Virus record (IMG/VR): IMGVR_UViG_3300031454_000005
Coordinates: 1 to 55,193 of that record
Origin: a virus
DNA: 55,193 bases
Strand: one strand, 5' to 3'
A program made the translations under genes and the position numbers. The notes below the pieces were generated by a model that was not told the DNA's origin, ran no database searches, and was given only the letters and a program-made list of their open reading frames with translations. Each line of letters starts with the position of its first letter. Position 1 is the stretch's first letter. Shown piece by piece: positions 24,305 through 32,512 of the stretch.

Positions 24305-25398
24305 CCGAATCACGAGAGAAGTTGTATCAGGGCGAGAGTTCGCCAGCCGTCGTGGCCATGCCACGCAACCTGCCGTCACTGCTGCCCAGCGACGGCGAGC
24401 TCAGGACGATGCTCGCGGTCGCCGAGCAGTTCGTCCTGTCGAACCTGATGCCCGACTCGGTGAAGACGGCGGCGGCGGCGCTGGTCATCATCCAGAAGGG
24501 CCGTGAGCTCGGCATCCCGCCGATGCAGGCGATCGGCGGCATCCATGTCATCAAGGGCAAGCCGACCTGCTCGTCCGACCTCATGATGGCGCTGATCTAC
24601 CGCGACCACGGCGACAACGCCCTGCGCTGGACGGAGACGACCAACGAGTCGGTCACGCTGGCGTACAAGCGCAAGAGCTGGCCCGAGCCGTCACTCTTCA
24701 CCTGGACGAAGGCTGACACCGAGCGCGCCCAGATCCGGAACGAGAACAACGCCAAGTATCCCGGGGCCATGCTCCGGGCCCGGTGCATCAGCGCCGTCGC
24801 CCGGATGGCCTTCAACGACTCCATCGGCGGGATGCACACACCCTCCGAGATCGACCCGTCCTACGACGACGACGGGGTGCGCCGCTTCCAGGCCGACGGC
24901 AACACCGAAGCCCGGGCGATCGAGACGACCGCGACGATCACCGAGGCCGAACCGGCCATGACCACCGACGACGATCACCAGCGCGCGCTCCGACGACTGC
25001 ACGCCGTGGCTGCCGAAGAGGGAGTCGATCGCGACGACGTCAAGCAATTCATCGCCGACCTCAAGCGCATCCCGGTGGGAGATGTCCCGTCACGGCGCGA
25101 CTGGTCGCTGCCGTTCATCAGCTGGGCCACCACGAAGCTCCAGCTACGTGGTGCTGAGTGGGTCGCCGACCGGCAGCGCGACGACCAGACGGTTGACGCC
25201 GACGTCGTCGTCGAGTACGGGCTCGAGGGCACGGTCCGCCGTCCGCTGACGACCGGCGAGTTCGTTGATGAGACCGGCCAGATCGTCCCGGCCGAGGACG
25301 CCGCCGCCGACGAGCGATTCCCGTCGACACCAGCGTCCCTGCTCTCCGACGAGGACATGCAGCCAGGGCGCCGCAACCCCGACGAGTGGACGAGGTAG
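24301..25398 (+). CDS. recT: RecT-like single-strand annealing protein (SSAP)
   Basis: ALVIIQKGRELGIPPMQAIGGIHVIKGKPTCSSDLMMALI ... KYPGAMLRARCISAVARMAFNDSIGG matches the pattern I associate with the RecT/Bet-type SSAP core. Acidic C-terminal tail. Confidence 0.6.
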   Translation: MTESREKLYQGESSPAVVAMPRNLPSLLPSDGELRTMLAVAEQFVLSNLMPDSVKTAAAALVIIQKGRELGIPPMQAIGGIHVIKGKPTCSSDLMMALIYRDHGDNALRWTETTNESVTLAYKRKSWPEPSLFTWTKADTERAQIRNENNAKYPGAMLRARCISAVARMAFNDSIGGMHTPSEIDPSYDDDGVRRFQADGNTEARAIETTATITEAEPAMTTDDDHQRALRRLHAVAAEEGVDRDDVKQFIADLKRIPVGDVPSRRDWSLPFISWATTKLQLRGAEWVADRQRDDQTVDADVVVEYGLEGTVRRPLTTGEFVDETGQIVPAEDAAADERFPSTPASLLSDEDMQPGRRNPDEWTR

Positions 25399-27429
25399 AT
25401 GAGTCCATCGCCTCACCCCCGGAGGCTGGCATCGCGTCAGCTCCGGGCACTGCTCTGGATCAGGGCTGATGGCAAGTGCGAGATCTGCGGCGATGCACTG
25501 CCGCACAACTGGCACGCCGACCACCGCATTGCCTGGAGCACCCGTCCCGAGACCTATGTGGCCGACATGCTGGCCCTCTGCCCTCCGTGCAACCTGCGAA
25601 AGGGAGCCATGAATCTCCGCAAGCATCAAAGCGAAGTACTTGATATCTGCCGCGATATGGCGGTCAGCCGATCCGGCAGGCAACTGCTGGTGTCGGTGAC
25701 ACCAGGCGGCGGGAAGAGCCTCCTCCCGGTAATTGCCGCAAGCACCCTGATCCCGAGCGTGGTTGACGCCATCTGCTGGGTCGCCCCTCGGGCCACTCTC
25801 TGCTACCAGGCGGAACAGACTTTCAAGGATCGCAAATACCGGCGATTGCTAAACCACCAACATGAGATCCGGTGGATGAAGGAACAGACCGCTGACCCGT
25901 CCCGGGGTCTAAGCGGCTTCGCAACCACGTTCAACATGATCGGTCACGACACCTATGGCCTCCTGGCGCAGGAATTTCGCCGGCGACGGTACGTTCTGGT
26001 CTTGGACGAGGCACACCATGTTGCGGTTGGTAGCAAATGGCACACAGCCTTACAGCCGCTTGTGGACCGGGCCGCCGTCGTGATCCTCATGAGCGGGACG
26101 TTTGAGCGCTCGGTTCGGGGAGAGCGCGTCGCTTTCGTCCCATACCGGGAGGTCGTGAAGGCCAATGCCCGCGGCTGGGAGATTGACCTCGACGGCACCG
26201 GCGACAACTGGGAACGCGTGGCGTACTCGCGTCGCGATGCTCTCCGTGAGCAGGCGATCAAGCCCCTGGTGTTCGAGCACGCTGACGGGCGAGTGCAGTA
26301 TCTCGACGGGGACGGTCATCGCGTGGCGGTGGACTCCCTTGCGAATTCCGGCTTCGACGAGCGTCCCGCACTTCGGGTGGCACTGACGACCGAGTTCGGC
26401 ATTGAGCTGATGCGAAAGGGCATCAACCACTGGCACCAGTACCGCACGGGAACCAACCCGCGAGCGAAGTTGTTAGTCGTCGCCGGCGACAAGAAGCAGG
26501 CGCGGGCGCTGCTGGCAACTCTCAAGGCCGACGGGATTGAGCGAGCCGGCATTGCTATTAGCAGCGATGGTACGGGCAACGACCGTCCGACCACCGAGAA
26601 CGAAGAAGCTCAGTCCCATCAGAACATTCAGCGATTCAAGATGGCCGAGGGAGAGAACCGACTCGATGTCCTCGTCACGGTGGCGATGGCGTACGAGGGG
26701 CTTGATGTTCCAGCCGTAACACACATTGTCTGCCTGACCTATTACCGCAGCAAGCCGTGGATCGAGCAGATGCTGGCGAGAGCGGTTCGGGTCGATGCAG
26801 AGGCCGGCCCCTATGGCGTACAGAGCGGCTTCGTGTTCGCTCCTGACGACGAGAAGCTGAGCGAGGTCATCCAAGACATCCTCAACGATCAAGCCGCGTT
26901 CGTTCCGGAAGTGACGAGTTGGGAGGCAGACGATCCCCGCCGCAACCAGACATCCGGCGATCGGGACACGCCGTGGCCGATCATCCCGGAGTTCTCAACC
27001 GTCACCACCACCCGGCTGAGCGATACCGACGGCAACCAGATGGATGCCGCCCAAACGAAGTGGATGCGAGAGCAACTGGAGGCCCATAACCTCGGGGGCA
27101 TCAATCCGCTACAGGCTCGAATGATTGTGGAACTGTTTGGTACGTCGTCTGGCGTCCGGCCGCCGGATGATGTTGAGGCGATCGTGATTGAGGCTCCCGG
27201 GATGACGGAGAGCGATCTTGAAGACCGATATCGTACCTATATCCATGAGGCTGCTGGGAAGCTGGATGCGCGCAGAGGCGTTCCGTGGGGCACCACCAAC
27301 GGAGAAATCCTGAAACGCTTTCAGAAGCCACGTGGAGAGATGGGTTCGGACGAACTCCGCCAGGTCTGGGTCGTCATCCAGCAGTGGGGCCGGGAGCATG
27401 GACGCGCCATTAGAGAGCGGGTCGCATGA
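25399..27429 (+). CDS. HNH nuclease domain fused to an SF2 (DEAH) helicase
   Basis: N-terminal CEICGD...HADHRIAW...LCPPCNLRKG (HNH). Walker A in VTPGGGKS. DEAH box in LVLDEAHH. Helicase C-terminal motifs (VTVAMAYEGLDVP, MLARAVR). 676 aa. Confidence 0.8.
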   Translation: MSPSPHPRRLASRQLRALLWIRADGKCEICGDALPHNWHADHRIAWSTRPETYVADMLALCPPCNLRKGAMNLRKHQSEVLDICRDMAVSRSGRQLLVSVTPGGGKSLLPVIAASTLIPSVVDAICWVAPRATLCYQAEQTFKDRKYRRLLNHQHEIRWMKEQTADPSRGLSGFATTFNMIGHDTYGLLAQEFRRRRYVLVLDEAHHVAVGSKWHTALQPLVDRAAVVILMSGTFERSVRGERVAFVPYREVVKANARGWEIDLDGTGDNWERVAYSRRDALREQAIKPLVFEHADGRVQYLDGDGHRVAVDSLANSGFDERPALRVALTTEFGIELMRKGINHWHQYRTGTNPRAKLLVVAGDKKQARALLATLKADGIERAGIAISSDGTGNDRPTTENEEAQSHQNIQRFKMAEGENRLDVLVTVAMAYEGLDVPAVTHIVCLTYYRSKPWIEQMLARAVRVDAEAGPYGVQSGFVFAPDDEKLSEVIQDILNDQAAFVPEVTSWEADDPRRNQTSGDRDTPWPIIPEFSTVTTTRLSDTDGNQMDAAQTKWMREQLEAHNLGGINPLQARMIVELFGTSSGVRPPDDVEAIVIEAPGMTESDLEDRYRTYIHEAAGKLDARRGVPWGTTNGEILKRFQKPRGEMGSDELRQVWVVIQQWGREHGRAIRERVA

Positions 27430-28094
27430 GCATCCTGACCACCCGCCAGTCCGGTGGGGCGCGGGAACTCATCGGGGATATCAACGATGACCCCGGGTCC
27501 AAGTACTGGTCAATCGCCGTCCGGGAGCAGATCCGGGCGTACCTCCAGGACGCCAAGCAGAGCGTCAACCACCTGGAGTCGTCCATCGGCGCCATGATCC
27601 GGTTCGAGGGATGGCGCGTGCTGACAGACGCCATCGACACCCCGTTCACGTCGTTCGAGGCGTTCTGCCGGCACCGCTACCCCTGGGGCCTCGGTTATGA
27701 CCCAACCGCCCTGGACGCCCTGATTGCGGAGCGAACCCGTAAACAGTCGCCGGCAGAGATGGCAGAGACACCCAAAGCGATTCGACCCGAAGGCCGCCCC
27801 GGGGATACGTCTAACTGTGTTGATAACACAGTTAGCGCACAGGGGCCCGACGCTGAATACCTGACCGCCCGGATCGCCCGCGACGCCCCTGATGTCCTCG
27901 ACCGTATGAAGGCGGGCGAGTTCGCCAGCGTTCGTGCCGCCGCGTCTGCTGCTGGCCTCGTCAAGCCCCGCATCTCCATTTCTCTCACTGATCCGTGTGC
28001 CGCCGCCCGGTCGATCAGCCGCCGAAGTGACCGTGACTTCATCAGCGAGCTGATCGCCGAGCTGCATCACGTCGCCGACGGCATGGAGAACTAG
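27426..28094 (+). CDS. Hypothetical protein (replication-module position)
   Basis: ATGA overlap with the upstream gene; 222 aa. Contains the 25-bp palindrome at 27811-27835. Confidence 0.55.
   Translation: MSILTTRQSGGARELIGDINDDPGSKYWSIAVREQIRAYLQDAKQSVNHLESSIGAMIRFEGWRVLTDAIDTPFTSFEAFCRHRYPWGLGYDPTALDALIAERTRKQSPAEMAETPKAIRPEGRPGDTSNCVDNTVSAQGPDAEYLTARIARDAPDVLDRMKAGEFASVRAAASAAGLVKPRISISLTDPCAAARSISRRSDRDFISELIAELHHVADGMEN
27811..27835. repeat. Perfect AT-rich palindrome (11-bp arms, 3-nt spacer)
   Basis: CTAACTGTGTT gat AACACAGTTAG. The minus strand reads TTATCAACA, 8/9 identical to the E. coli-type DnaA box TTATCCACA. Confidence 0.8.
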
Positions 28095-28099
28095 AAGCT

Positions 28100-29107
28100 A
28101 TGGCCTGGATCGAAAGTCATCAGGAACTCGGCGCCCATCCGAAGACCCGGAAGCTGGCGCGTGTCCTTGGGATCAGTCGACCAGCCGTTGTCGGGCATCT
28201 TCAGTTCCTCTGGTGGTGGGCAATGGACTACGCACAGGACGGATCACTGTCTCGATTCGACGCCCTGGACATCGCCCTCGGGGCGGAGTGGGACGAGGAC
28301 GCCGAGACCTTCGTTCAGGCGCTCACGTCGTGTGGGTTCCTGTCCGAGAAGGACGATCACCTCGTCATCCATGACTGGCACGATTACGCCGGCAAGCTCA
28401 TCGAGCGTCGCGAGAAGGACGCCGCCCGGAAGCGGGGCGACCGCCGTCCGCCGGACAACACCCCGCAGGAGTCAGCCAAAACCGAACCGTCCAACGGAAC
28501 TCCAACGGACGTCCATCGGACGGCGCACGTAACCGTACCTAACCGTACCCAACCTAACCCTACCGAACCTCCTACCGGAGTTACGACCGCGCCAAGCGCG
28601 CAAACGCCGCCGAGGCCGGTGAAGCAAGCCAGCGGCAAAAAGCCCGTCACGGTTTTGGCGAACGCCGAACGCCCCCCTGTTTCCGAAAATCCCCCCGCTG
28701 GTCCGCCGCCGTTGCTGGTTGACGCGCCACCGGCCCAGCCGTTTGACCTGCTCGAAGCCCTCTGTGACGAAGTTGGGGCTGATCTGTCGGTGCTGGCGAA
28801 ACCGCAGAAAGACAAGCAGCTCAGCGTCGCCAAGCGGCTGGTCGAATCCGGCATGACGGCCCGGGATGTCCGGGCGATGACCCGCTGGCTGCTGGGACAG
28901 GACTGGGTGACGTCCGGCGTCGACCTGTTCCTGCTCGAAAAGCAGCTCGGCAAGTGGCAGATGCAGGGCAAACCAGCCACCACCACGGCTAAGCCGAGGG
29001 GACGCGCTGCGGCAACTGAGCAGGTCTTTGACGACGCCCTAAGTCGAACTCGTGGCCACCCGCCGCCTAAACCAGCCCGCTACGACAACGTTTTTGACGT
29101 GACCTGA
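28100..29107 (+). CDS. Replisome-organizer / replication-initiator-like protein
   Basis: The N-terminus (W..SH.ELG.HPKTRKLARVLGISRPAVVGHLQFLWWWAMDYAQDGSL...HDWHDYAG) recalls the phage replisome-organizer N-terminal domain. A Pro/Thr-rich linker carries iteron-like DNA repeats. 335 aa. Confidence 0.5.
   Translation: MAWIESHQELGAHPKTRKLARVLGISRPAVVGHLQFLWWWAMDYAQDGSLSRFDALDIALGAEWDEDAETFVQALTSCGFLSEKDDHLVIHDWHDYAGKLIERREKDAARKRGDRRPPDNTPQESAKTEPSNGTPTDVHRTAHVTVPNRTQPNPTEPPTGVTTAPSAQTPPRPVKQASGKKPVTVLANAERPPVSENPPAGPPPLLVDAPPAQPFDLLEALCDEVGADLSVLAKPQKDKQLSVAKRLVESGMTARDVRAMTRWLLGQDWVTSGVDLFLLEKQLGKWQMQGKPATTTAKPRGRAAATEQVFDDALSRTRGHPPPKPARYDNVFDVT
28530..28576. repeat. Iteron-like direct repeats inside the initiator-like gene
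   Basis: TAACCGTACC TAACCGTACC CAACC TAACCCTACC GAACCTCCTACC, in a locally AT-richer stretch. Confidence 0.65.
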
Positions 29108-29115
29108 GGACCGAT

Positions 29116-29490
29116 ATGGCCGACGAAGCCGCTGTCATTGCCGCCCTCAAGGAACTTTCCGAGGGCTACCCGGACCTGACGTTCACCAAGGCCAACCTGG
29201 ACCGGTACGTTCTCTGGCTTAGTCCGTTCCCGACTAACGCCGTGTTGCTGGCAATCGCCTCGTGGACCGAGGAGGACAACGCGTTCTTCCCGAAGGGTCC
29301 GCAACTGGTCGCTCGAGCCAAGTCCGCAGCCGGGACACGTCGACCACCGGAGCGACCCAGGCATCTCCCTCAGCGGGGAACGATCGTCACGGGACTTCAG
29401 GCCGGAATCCATCAACCGCTACCACCATCCGAACGACCAAAGGAACTTCAGCCGACCGCTGGAACGCCCGATAGGAGCAACCGACCATGA
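29116..29490 (+). CDS. Hypothetical protein (possible helicase-loader-like N-terminal region)
   Basis: 124 aa with ATGA coupling to the next gene. The N-terminal 70 aa look globular and the C-terminal half is low complexity. Confidence 0.45.
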   Translation: MADEAAVIAALKELSEGYPDLTFTKANLDRYVLWLSPFPTNAVLLAIASWTEEDNAFFPKGPQLVARAKSAAGTRRPPERPRHLPQRGTIVTGLQAGIHQPLPPSERPKELQPTAGTPDRSNRP

Positions 29491-29708
29491 CCACACCCAT
29501 CCCCCTCGGCCTAAGCGACGACCAGCTCGACAGCCTCCTCACCGAGCCGATGCTCGCCTATGACCCGAGCGCCGTCGACGCCCTGCTGGACGACATCGCC
29601 CGGTTGCAGGGGCCGGAACGGGACGCCGCGATCACCGGGGCCATCGCCGCCACGCCCGCCTGGACGTTGCCTTCGCATCTGTTGGCGAAGACGGAGGGGC
29701 ATTCATGA
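29487..29708 (+). CDS. Hypothetical acidic protein
   Basis: ATGA overlaps at both ends; 73 aa. Confidence 0.45.
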   Translation: MTTPIPLGLSDDQLDSLLTEPMLAYDPSAVDALLDDIARLQGPERDAAITGAIAATPAWTLPSHLLAKTEGHS

Positions 29709-30457
29709 CGAGCGAGACGATTACCCGCGCCGTCACCGGCTTTCAGGACATCGCCGATCGACACGGCGTCACGACGACGATTACCGGCGGCGGCCGGTCA
29801 ACCACGTTCGGGCCCCGCAATCCCGGTCGCGAAACGGGAAGCGGAGTCTCGGCGCCTCGCCCCATGACGCTGGTCGACGGCGGCTGGGACGAGGACGACG
29901 GCCCGCTCGATCACTACCCGGTGCCGGACCCGGAGGACGCCTTCGACGACGCCGAGAGCGGCGGGTTTCGCAACGAGTTCATCGAGGCCGACGGCCTGGA
30001 ACAGATCGCCGACGCCCTGATCGCCGCCCACCCCGCCCTCCTCGGCCACCTGGCCCCGTTCCGGATCGCGTTCCGCTGGAAGCGCTCCGGCGGCGGCACG
30101 ACCAAAGCCACGCTCGGTGAGTGCAAGCGGCTGTCGGGACTGGCCCGGCATGCGATCCAGGCGCACTTCCTCGTCTGGTTGGCGGCCGACCACCTGACCG
30201 GTCTCTCCCCGACCAACTGGCACGTCGAGGCGTTGGTGATGCATCAGCTGCTGCACGCCTCGCTCGACCCGAAGACGGCCAAACCGATGATCCGCGACCA
30301 TGATTTCGCCGGGTTCCATGCCGAGCTTCGGGTCTACGGGCCGTGGCACGAGGACCTGTTGCGGGCCGGGGAGAGTTTCCTCCAGGTCCCGATGTGGGAC
30401 GACGACCGGTGGTCGCCGCTGGGCAGGTTCGTGCCCCTGATGGGAGCGGTGGCATGA
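29705..30457 (+). CDS. Putative phage metallopeptidase-like protein with a degenerate HQLLH motif
   Basis: LVWLAADHL...WHVEALVMHQLLHASLDP...IRDHDFAGFHAELRVYGPW resembles the phage HExxH ... H-D-F..E..YG pattern, with Gln replacing the catalytic Glu. Confidence 0.45.
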   Translation: MTSETITRAVTGFQDIADRHGVTTTITGGGRSTTFGPRNPGRETGSGVSAPRPMTLVDGGWDEDDGPLDHYPVPDPEDAFDDAESGGFRNEFIEADGLEQIADALIAAHPALLGHLAPFRIAFRWKRSGGGTTKATLGECKRLSGLARHAIQAHFLVWLAADHLTGLSPTNWHVEALVMHQLLHASLDPKTAKPMIRDHDFAGFHAELRVYGPWHEDLLRAGESFLQVPMWDDDRWSPLGRFVPLMGAVA

Positions 30458-30741
30458 CAGAGGGACTAACCGACAAACAACGATTCCGCGGCGAAGACGG
30501 CAAGCGGGGCTTCGGCATGCTCACGGAGCGTGGCCTCGATTGGTCGCTCGAAGCGTCTAGCAAGCCGCCACGGGCTGCGGCCTGGGTGCGGGGCCGGAAG
30601 GCCGAGCGCATCGAAGTCCGCCACCCCAACTGTTTCACTGCCGCTCTCCGGATGTTCGATGCCGTGCGTGAGAGCGACCTCGGCGTTACCCATGCTGGTC
30701 GAGTTGCTGGGCATCAGCTAGCCCTGGATGGTGTGGCATGA
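30454..30741 (+). CDS. Hypothetical protein
   Basis: ATGA overlap with the upstream gene; 95 aa. In frame with track ORF 30343..30741. Confidence 0.45.
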   Translation: MTEGLTDKQRFRGEDGKRGFGMLTERGLDWSLEASSKPPRAAAWVRGRKAERIEVRHPNCFTAALRMFDAVRESDLGVTHAGRVAGHQLALDGVA

Positions 30742-30995
30742 CCTACGGCGACAAGTTCCGGGCAATGGACGACGACGAGCCGCCCATCGTCTGGGAGCAC
30801 TCGGACGGCCAGCACACCGCTCGCTTGACGGTCTATCCCACGGGTCGCGTCACGCTCGCGATCGAGAACGATCACGGCCCGCTCGCCCAGCAGATCGTCG
30901 TACTCGACCGGACGGCGGTCGTCGCGCTGTTCCGGTCGGCGGGCGAGGGCCTGATGCACCTCGCCCAGACGATGCGGGAAGGGCGGACGGCATGA
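30738..30995 (+). CDS. Hypothetical protein
   Basis: ATGA overlaps at both ends; 85 aa. Confidence 0.5.
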   Translation: MTYGDKFRAMDDDEPPIVWEHSDGQHTARLTVYPTGRVTLAIENDHGPLAQQIVVLDRTAVVALFRSAGEGLMHLAQTMREGRTA

Positions 30996-31663
30996 TCATG
31001 CCCTACTACCATGACTCGACATCGGGGATCACCATCTATTGCGGGGATGCGCGGACCATTCTTCCCCAGTTGGCCTCGGCCAGCGTCGATGTGGTCATCA
31101 CCGACCCGGTCTGGCCCAACAGCATCCCCGAGCTGATCGGCCATGCCGACCCATACGATCTGTTCGTCTCGACGGCCACGTTGTTCCCGCGACTCACGTC
31201 ACGGGTCGTCGTCCAGTTGGGCTGCGACTCGGACCCGCGGTTCCTCTCAGCCGTTCCGACCGATCTGCCGTTCCTGCGTGCCTGCTGGCTGGAATACGCC
31301 CGGCCGAGCTACAAGGGTCGGCTCCTGATGGGGAACGATGTCGCCTACGTCTTCGGGCGATGGCCCAAGAGCGAACCGGGCTCCCACCTCATGCCGGGTC
31401 GCATGGTTCAGACGGTGGCCCACGACGGCCGGAACGATCACCCGACGCCGCGACGACTCCAGCACGTCAAGTGGCTGGTGAGATGGTTTGCCCGTGGTCT
31501 GATCCTCGATCCGTTCGTGGGTAGCGGCACGACGCTCGTTGCCGCGAAGCATCTCGGCCGACCAGCAATCGGTATCGAGATCGAAGAGAAGTACTGTGAA
31601 ACGGCCGTCCGCCGGTTGCAGCAGGCTGTCCTGCCGGGACTCATGACGGGGGCAGCAGAATGA
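30992..31663 (+). CDS. DNA methyltransferase (N6/N4 beta-class, ParB-less orphan)
   Basis: Motif IV-like VVITDPVWPN near the N-terminus and motif I LDPFVGSGTT near the C-terminus. HPTPRRLQ lies between them. 223 aa. Confidence 0.75.
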   Translation: MIMPYYHDSTSGITIYCGDARTILPQLASASVDVVITDPVWPNSIPELIGHADPYDLFVSTATLFPRLTSRVVVQLGCDSDPRFLSAVPTDLPFLRACWLEYARPSYKGRLLMGNDVAYVFGRWPKSEPGSHLMPGRMVQTVAHDGRNDHPTPRRLQHVKWLVRWFARGLILDPFVGSGTTLVAAKHLGRPAIGIEIEEKYCETAVRRLQQAVLPGLMTGAAE

Positions 31664-31836
31664 TGATCACCGCGACCAGACCGACCCTGACCACCACCGA
31701 GTGGAGCCTGCTGTACCTGGTCGCCGCCGGGGTGCCGCCGGGCCTGATCGCCGACCTGCTGGGGTGCGAACGGGCCGACCTCGTGGCAACGATGGGCGTG
31801 ATTCTCGCCAAGCTGCGGCCGGGGGTGACGCGATGA
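31660..31836 (+). CDS. Small LuxR/GerE-like HTH protein
   Basis: 58 aa. TEWSLLYLVAAGVPPGLIADLLGCERADLVATMGVILAKL resembles the GerE HTH. ATGA overlaps at both ends. Confidence 0.45.
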   Translation: MMITATRPTLTTTEWSLLYLVAAGVPPGLIADLLGCERADLVATMGVILAKLRPGVTR

Positions 31837-32174
31837 CGAGCCGAGTCGTTCACATCAACGACCACGTCGAAGGGGCGGTCTACATCGGCCGGGCGATGCC
31901 TCGACAGGGGCTCAAGGCAAGTCCATTCGCAAACCCCTACCGGATCGGCGGGGCGGTAAGTCGGGACTACGCTATGACGCTCTACGAGCAACACCTGACC
32001 ACAACTCCGCATCTTTGGGCACTCATCCCGGAACTGCGGGGCAAGCCCCTGGCCTGCTGGTGCCGGCACGACGGCGAAGCACCATCGGCCGACACCCGAT
32101 GCCACGGCGATGTCTTGGTCGGACTGCTGGCCGCGTTCAGCGACGAGCAGTTTCGGGAAAGGGCGATGCCGTGA
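31833..32174 (+). CDS. DUF4326-family protein
   Basis: VYIGRAMPRQGLKASPFANPY ... LRGKPLACWC...CHGDVL matches the DUF4326 signature. Confidence 0.65.
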   Translation: MTSRVVHINDHVEGAVYIGRAMPRQGLKASPFANPYRIGGAVSRDYAMTLYEQHLTTTPHLWALIPELRGKPLACWCRHDGEAPSADTRCHGDVLVGLLAAFSDEQFRERAMP

Positions 32175-32512
32175 CCGAGGCCATCACCGTCGCCGCCTAC
32201 CTCGATACCACCGACGAGGAATTGCTTCAGCGGACGCTGATCGAGGCCGCCGACGCGCTGGGCTACCTGACGCACTGGACGCCCGACAGCCGCCGGACGC
32301 ATGCCGGCCATCCCGACGTGACGATTTGCGGGTACGGCCTGTATCTCAAGATCGAGCTGAAGACGGCGAAAGGCCGGATCCGACCCATGCAGATCGTCTG
32401 GCTCCGGGAACTGCGACAGGCCGGGATTGACGCCCGGCTGGTCCGCCCCGCCGACCTCGACGGACTGCTGGACCTGCTGCGTCGGGTGGCCCACGGGGGC
32501 CGGACCCGATGA
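32171..32512 (+). CDS. VRR-NUC domain nuclease
   Basis: GTGA overlap start. GHPDVTICGYGLYLKIELKTAKGRIRPMQIVWLRELRQAGIDARLV matches the PD-(D/E)xK VRR-NUC pattern. Confidence 0.65.
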   Translation: MTEAITVAAYLDTTDEELLQRTLIEAADALGYLTHWTPDSRRTHAGHPDVTICGYGLYLKIELKTAKGRIRPMQIVWLRELRQAGIDARLVRPADLDGLLDLLRRVAHGGRTR

